64,000 nt of DNA. Origin: Candidatus Woesearchaeota archaeon. Its GTDB lineage: Archaea; Nanobdellota; Nanobdellia; Woesearchaeales; GW2011-AR4. The position numbers and the translations under genes were made by a program. Each line of letters opens with the position of its first letter. Positions within the stretch are counted from its first letter, which is position 1. The DNA lies in contig JACOZN010000013.1 of assembly GCA_016181305.1 (NCBI GenBank), positions 15,686 to 79,685 on the forward strand, given 5' to 3'. The notes under the pieces were generated by a model. That model did no database searches. It was not told where the DNA came from and was given only the letters and a program-made list of their open reading frames with translations. This document shows, piece after piece, positions 59,036 to 64,000 of this stretch.

Positions 59036-61102
59036 ATGGTTTTTTCGTTATTGAGCATAGTAATTGTGATTAGCATTCTTGCACTGCTTTTTGCCGGCTG
59101 GCTTACAAGGCAGGTTCTCAAAAAAGACACGGGCAGCGAGGCAATGCAGGAAGTGTCGAATGCAATCAAGGTTGGCGCAGAGGCTTTTGTAAAAAGGCAG
59201 TACACGACAATTGCAATCCTTTCAGTTGTTCTTGCTGTTATAATCTATGCAATTTATTCATTTCTTGGAAAAACAGACCTGGGATGGAGAACTTCTGTCG
59301 CATTTCTTTTCGGGGCTTTCAGCTCAGGCTTGGCGGGGATTGTAGGCATGTGGGTTTCCATAAGGACCAATATAAGGACGGCAAGCGGGGCAAAAAAAAG
59401 CCTTGGAGAGGCATTTATCATCGCACTGAGGGGGGGGGCAGTCACAGGCATTGTAATAGTTGCCATGTCCCTGCTCGGGGTTTCATTAATTTACTATTTT
59501 TTCAGCCTTGGCGCTGAGCAAAAAGAAGTTCCTTTTCTCATAGTCGGGTACGGATTTGGAGCAAGCTTTGTTGCATTGTTTGCGCAGCTTGGGGGCGGAA
59601 TTTATACAAAGGCGGCTGATGTAGGCTCTGATTTGGTAGGCAAGGTTGAAAAAGGGATTCCTGAAGACGACCCGAGAAACCCTGCTGTAATTGCAGACTT
59701 GGTAGGCGACAATGTCGGAGACTGCGCAGGAAGAGGCGCTGATCTGTTTGAAAGCACGGCAGCTGAAAACATAGGCGCAATGATACTTGGAGTTGCATTG
59801 TACCCTGTTTTTGGAATCAAGGGAGTGATGTTCCCATTGGTTGCAAGGGCATTTGGATTGATTGCAAGCATTATCGGAATTATGTTCACCAAAATGAAAA
59901 ATGAAAGTGAAGACCCGATGGCTGCCTTGAACAGGGGCTATTATATAACAAGCATTCTTGCAGCAGCATCATTTTTTGTTGCAGTCAAATGGCTGCTGGA
60001 CGGCAATCTCTGGTTTTTCTTTGCAGGAGTCGTTGGCATAGTAACCAGCATTTTGATTGTACTGATAACTGTTTATTACACGGACCACAAATACAAGCCT
60101 GTCAAGGATATTGCAAAAGCATCACAGACAGGGCACGGCACAAACATAATAACGGGATTTGCTGTTGGCATGGAATCAACAGCGCTGCCTGTTATTGTTC
60201 TGTCAGCGGCTTTATTGTCAGCTTTCTGGCTTGGAAAGTTAAGCGGGGTAGAGCACGGCGGCTTGTACGGGACAGCTATCGCAACAATGGGAATGCTTGG
60301 GACAGCCGCTTATATCCTTGCAATGGACAATTTCGGGCCTATAACTGACAATGCAGGCGGCATTGTGGAAATGTCAAAGTCACCGGAGTCAATAAGGAAA
60401 AGGACAGACAGGCTGGATGCCGTGGGCAACACAACAAAGGCTTTGACAAAGGGATATGCTGTCGGAAGCGCTGCATTGGCTGCATTTTTGCTTTTTTCAG
60501 CTTACCTTGACGATGTTGCAAAGCATTTGAAAATTCCGGGGCCTATTGCAATTGACCTGTCGAAGATTGATGTTTTTGTAGGGGGATTTATCGGAGCAAT
60601 GCTGATATTCATGTTTAGTTCGCTGGCTATAAGGGCTGTCGGAGATGCAGCTTACTCAATTGTGAATGAAGTCAGGAGGCAGTGGAAGACAAAAAAAGGC
60701 ATAATGACAGGCAAGGAAAAGCCAGACTATGCGAAAGTCGTTGACATTTGCGTAAAGGCTTCATTAAAGAAAATGATTTTGCCTGGGCTGCTTGTTGTTG
60801 CTACAACAGTAATTGTTGGAATGGCTTTAAAGTATGAGGCGGCTGGAGCGTTTTTGATGGTAGGGACAATAACCGGAATATTGACGGCATTGCTGCTGAA
60901 TAATGCAGGAGGCGCATGGGACAATGCAAAAAAGTATATTGAAGAGGGGAATTTAGGCGGAAAGGGCTCTGAAACCCATAAGGCTGCTGTTACAGGAGAT
61001 ACTGTGGGTGATCCTTTCAAGGACACTGCAGGGCCTTCATTGCATGTTTTGATTAAATTGCTGAGCACGATAACTCTTGTTTTGGTGCCGCTGTTTGTTT
61101 AG
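59036..61102 (+). CDS. hppA: Membrane-bound proton-translocating pyrophosphatase, K+-independent type
   Basis: GGGIYTKAADVGSDLVGKVE, DNVGDCAG, DNAGGIVEM, GNTTKALTKG (Lys signature), GDTVGDPFKDT. Confidence 0.96.
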   Translation: MVFSLLSIVIVISILALLFAGWLTRQVLKKDTGSEAMQEVSNAIKVGAEAFVKRQYTTIAILSVVLAVIIYAIYSFLGKTDLGWRTSVAFLFGAFSSGLAGIVGMWVSIRTNIRTASGAKKSLGEAFIIALRGGAVTGIVIVAMSLLGVSLIYYFFSLGAEQKEVPFLIVGYGFGASFVALFAQLGGGIYTKAADVGSDLVGKVEKGIPEDDPRNPAVIADLVGDNVGDCAGRGADLFESTAAENIGAMILGVALYPVFGIKGVMFPLVARAFGLIASIIGIMFTKMKNESEDPMAALNRGYYITSILAAASFFVAVKWLLDGNLWFFFAGVVGIVTSILIVLITVYYTDHKYKPVKDIAKASQTGHGTNIITGFAVGMESTALPVIVLSAALLSAFWLGKLSGVEHGGLYGTAIATMGMLGTAAYILAMDNFGPITDNAGGIVEMSKSPESIRKRTDRLDAVGNTTKALTKGYAVGSAALAAFLLFSAYLDDVAKHLKIPGPIAIDLSKIDVFVGGFIGAMLIFMFSSLAIRAVGDAAYSIVNEVRRQWKTKKGIMTGKEKPDYAKVVDICVKASLKKMILPGLLVVATTVIVGMALKYEAAGAFLMVGTITGILTALLLNNAGGAWDNAKKYIEEGNLGGKGSETHKAAVTGDTVGDPFKDTAGPSLHVLIKLLSTITLVLVPLFV

Positions 61103-61146
61103 AATTCTCAGATAATTTTATATTAAGCTGAGGTTATTGAGTTTTT

Positions 61147-61458
61147 ATGCCAAAAAGGTATTTTAAAAAGTCCAATAAAACACAGAGGATAGCAAAAGCC
61201 CGCATTAATCTGCTTTTCAGGCTTGCAAAAGAGCATTTCAGGGAGGACAGCAAGCTTTCTGACAAATATGTCAAGATGGCAAGAAGGATAGCCATGAAGC
61301 ACAAGATAAGGATGCCTTCTTCGCTGAAAAAGCAGTTCTGCAAGAGCTGCCACAGATTTCTTGTGCCGGGAGCCAACTGCAGGGTTAGAATCCACAAGCA
61401 CAGGATTATTTACTATTGCATTGGATGCAAGCATTTTATGAGGCATCCTGTGAAGTGA
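61147..61458 (+). CDS. rnp4: RNase P protein Rpp21
   Basis: IAKARINLLF, FCKSCHRFLVPG..CIGCK. Confidence 0.95.
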   Translation: MPKRYFKKSNKTQRIAKARINLLFRLAKEHFREDSKLSDKYVKMARRIAMKHKIRMPSSLKKQFCKSCHRFLVPGANCRVRIHKHRIIYYCIGCKHFMRHPVK

Positions 61459-61703
61459 GTTTTTAATAATTCAGTTACAAGTTTAAAAAATTAAAAAAAA
61501 ACGTTGGGGTATCTGTTTGCTCTGAATGTAACCAATTCTGTTACCGCTCCATCACGCTGCCATTATTAAACAGAGCCTGTTTCTTTATTTTCAATATAGA
61601 AACTAATCTATTTTTATACTATCAAACGAAAGCTTTATATATAAGTTGTATCACTATAGAGTAACAAATAACACATAAAGATTGGGGTTCAAACCATCGT
61701 TCC

Positions 61704-61790
61704 GTGGAATTGAGTGAAACAAAATTCCACATTGACTTGAAAATTTTGAATTTTCAAGTTCCCAAAAATCCAATGGATTTTTTAGGACAT
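61704..61790. repeat. Multi-hairpin palindromic element, inverted homologue of 8220-8360
   Basis: Reverse complement TGTCCTAAAAAATCCATTGGATTTTTGGGAACTTGAAAATTCAAAATTTTCAAGT matches the 8220/8294 modules. Confidence 0.8.
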
Positions 61791-61831
61791 GGTTTTAGTC
61801 AAGCTTTTATCAAAAGGTTGTGGGGGTTAAA

Positions 61832-61933
61832 ATGTGTTTGGCTTGTTCGATAGCAGAAGGCAAAACCTATTCAAAGCAGGAGAAGCAGGCTGATTACTCT
61901 GCTAATCGGGAGTATAACAATCAAACTTACTGA
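61832..61933 (+). CDS. Putative 33-aa CxxC peptide
   Basis: Manual translation MCLACSIAEGKTYSKQEKQADYSANREYNNQTY with G-rich RBS. Confidence 0.4.
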   Translation: MCLACSIAEGKTYSKQEKQADYSANREYNNQTY

Positions 61934-61941
61934 GGATTAAA

Positions 61942-62091
61942 ATGGAGACAGAAGAATTGTTTTTTGACGAGGACATGGAGCAGATTGAGCTTATGAGGAG
62001 CGAAAGGAAGAAGATGAAGGACAAGGACTTTGCAAAATTGATAAACAAGAAGGATATTTCTGACTTCGAGATGGACGAGATGTTTTTGTAG
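61942..62091 (+). CDS. Putative 49-aa acidic protein
   Basis: Manual translation METEELFFDEDMEQIELMRSERKKMKDKDFAKLINKKDISDFEMDEMFL with GAGG RBS. Confidence 0.6.
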   Translation: METEELFFDEDMEQIELMRSERKKMKDKDFAKLINKKDISDFEMDEMFL

Positions 62092-62098
62092 GGATAAA

Positions 62099-62503
62099 AT
62101 GAAAACTTCAACCAAGGTTGGGATTACAGCTGCAATTCTTGCTGCAGGACTATTCGGAGCGTCTAAATTAGACAGAGGAAATATAGGTTCTATTGTTAAT
62201 CATATTCCAACCTCCATCAGAAATGGTGTACATAACATTGCCAACAAAGCTGTTTATGACGGGTATGATCCTGATAAAAAATATATTTTGGTTGATTATA
62301 TAATTGGTGCAAATGACAGGGTAAAATCACTTGTCCATGGAAAACAATATTTAATTGAGTTAGTCGGTGACATAAATAACATCCAAGATTTTGCCAAATT
62401 GCGTCCAGGAGACAAGATAAAACTGCCAGTGGAATCCGAAGAAGGCAAAACATTTTTAGAGTTGTACGATGATTTATACCGGTCTAGAAGTAATCAGCAA
62501 TAA
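62099..62503 (+). CDS. Exported protein with LysM-like domain
   Basis: N-terminal signal/TM; YIIGANDRVKSL..INNIQDFAKLRPGDKIKLP resembles LysM. Confidence 0.6.
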   Translation: MKTSTKVGITAAILAAGLFGASKLDRGNIGSIVNHIPTSIRNGVHNIANKAVYDGYDPDKKYILVDYIIGANDRVKSLVHGKQYLIELVGDINNIQDFAKLRPGDKIKLPVESEEGKTFLELYDDLYRSRSNQQ

Positions 62504-62509
62504 ATCACT

Positions 62510-63133
62510 ATGCTTAAAGAATCGCTAGAAGCGTTGTTAATTCCTTTTTTCTTATTACAGAATCAGCTTAATCAACTTTCCGAGCAATACATTCTGCAAA
62601 ATCAAGATAGAAATCAGGCGGTTTATGCGCAGGCTTTAAAAAAGAAAACCTGCCCTACACCAGAAGAAATTTTCAAAAATGAGCCAAGACTTTCCCAAAT
62701 GACTTCAAAGACTAGTGCATTGTACGAGGCTGGAACAGGGCAGGAATTCGAAGTTAATTTCTATAAAAAAGGGAATTTTCGCAGGACAGGCCCAAATATC
62801 TCGCAGGAAGCATGGATCGACATGAGGGATTTTGATGTTTTTACAGTTTATGAATTCGATGAGCAAAAAAATATTATTGAAAAGCCAACAGCAAGCGGTT
62901 ATTTCAAAGAAGGCATGATGCTTGTCTTGTATGACTTATTTACTAAGCGTGGAAATAAAATAACAAAGCCCGTGCCGGATGGTTATGTTGAAGACTCTTC
63001 ATGCTATTCTGCAAAAAGCGGTATAATGCAAGTAAGGGCTTCACAATTGATAGCAGATGTTGTAGAAGTGATAGCGAAAAACAGGCATAATAAAAAATAT
63101 GAAAATCCTTCATTAAAACCAAATGATTTTTAA
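62510..63133 (+). CDS. Hypothetical protein
   Basis: 207-aa ORF in the same accessory run. Confidence 0.7.
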   Translation: MLKESLEALLIPFFLLQNQLNQLSEQYILQNQDRNQAVYAQALKKKTCPTPEEIFKNEPRLSQMTSKTSALYEAGTGQEFEVNFYKKGNFRRTGPNISQEAWIDMRDFDVFTVYEFDEQKNIIEKPTASGYFKEGMMLVLYDLFTKRGNKITKPVPDGYVEDSSCYSAKSGIMQVRASQLIADVVEVIAKNRHNKKYENPSLKPNDF

Positions 63134-63156
63134 ATCAGGCAGCCATTCTTACTTCT

Positions 63157-63423
63157 ATGGACAATTACGACTTGGAGCTTAATAAGGTAATAGAAAGAGT
63201 AAATAATGAAAATGCTAAGCTTGTCTGCATCCAGTTGCCGGACGGCTTGAAGCCAATGGCAAAGGAAATACAGCAGGCAATTGAGAAAAATACAAGCTCT
63301 TCTGTTGTGATATGGATGGGCTCGTGCTTCGGAGCATGCGATGTTCCATTGCAGGTTGAGAGGCTTGGAGTTGACTTGCTTATCCAATGGGGGCACTCAA
63401 CATGGAGAGGAAGCTGGTATTAA
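63157..63423 (+). CDS. Short Dph2-like protein (N-terminal domain only)
   Basis: VCIQLPDGLK, SCFGACD, LLIQWGHS. Confidence 0.85.
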   Translation: MDNYDLELNKVIERVNNENAKLVCIQLPDGLKPMAKEIQQAIEKNTSSSVVIWMGSCFGACDVPLQVERLGVDLLIQWGHSTWRGSWY

Positions 63424-63455
63424 GCTTTAAATATAAGCCTTTATTCTAAGCAGTA

Positions 63456-63854
63456 ATGAAAACTTATTTTGTTGTTACAGGCATTGTCAAAAATAAAGGC
63501 AAAGTCCTTATTCTCAGGAAATCGCCGAATGACTATAGTTATCCTGGCAGGTGGAGCTTCTGCTCCGGCTATGTCAAGGAGTTTGAAGCGGCAGAAGACA
63601 CTGTCTTGAGGGAGATAAAGGAAGAAACCGGGTTAAGTGCAAAAATTGTAAAAAAAGGAATCCTATTCCAGAAAAATGACATAAAAAACAAAAGATGCTG
63701 GGTTATAAAGCCTTTTCTTTGCGAGGTTGAATCGCAGAATGTAAAGCTTGACAGGGAAAATGCTGAATTCAGGTGGATAATCTACAAAGACATCAAAAAA
63801 TACCCTACTGTGCCTGGGCTGGAGAAAGATTTAAAAGTATTGGGATTGAAGTGA
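63456..63854 (+). CDS. NUDIX hydrolase
   Basis: PGRWSFCSGYVKEFEAAEDTVLREIKEETGL. Confidence 0.93.
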   Translation: MKTYFVVTGIVKNKGKVLILRKSPNDYSYPGRWSFCSGYVKEFEAAEDTVLREIKEETGLSAKIVKKGILFQKNDIKNKRCWVIKPFLCEVESQNVKLDRENAEFRWIIYKDIKKYPTVPGLEKDLKVLGLK

Positions 63855-63860
63855 AATATT

Positions 63861-64000
63861 ATGAAAAGACATAAAATATTCCTAGGCTCAGACCATGCAG
63901 GCTTTGAGCTAAAGGAAGAAGTAAAGAAAAACCTGCTTAAATCAGGCTTTCATGTCGAAGACTGCGGGGCTTATTCCTATGACAAAAATGACGACTATCC
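63861..64000 (+). CDS. rpiB: Ribose-5-phosphate isomerase B, 5' part only
   Basis: Manual translation MKRHKIFLGSDHAGFELKEEVK..DCGAYSYDKNDDY. Confidence 0.92.
   Translation, partial: MKRHKIFLGSDHAGFELKEEVKKNLLKSGFHVEDCGAYSYDKNDDY

Overview
Chromosomal segment of a small-genome DPANN archaeon, most consistent with Woesearchaeota (inference from gene content). It carries archaeal core genes (rps13-rps4-rps11-rpoD, rpoE1-spt4-rps24e-rps27ae, rpl1-rplP0-rpl12, rps15, NAC, Sec61beta, ftsZ, DNA ligase, cdc48, gatD/gatE), a full A/V-type ATP synthase operon, pgk, an H+-pyrophosphatase, RNase P RNA plus Rpp21, and a complete bacterial-type MEP isoprenoid pathway (dxs, ispG, dxr, ispDF, ispE, ispH) interleaved with AT-rich accessory genes. 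All four tRNA genes found (His, Leu, Gln, Arg) are interrupted, several at non-canonical positions. The most striking unexplained signal is a 44-46 nt covarying bulged-hairpin motif (ACGAG-AGCG-[5 bp stem, 17-19 nt loop]-RAHC-CGCT) present four times, always on the sense strand 55-75 nt after a stop codon. Other notable items: a second family of multi-hairpin palindromic elements; clean internal deletions in lig, atpD, ispG, dph5 and a membrane-protein gene (artefact or decay); a mosaic, split cdc48; and a LysM-like exported protein. No integrase, transposase, cas gene or CRISPR array was seen. All family assignments come from recognising motifs by eye, not from database searches.
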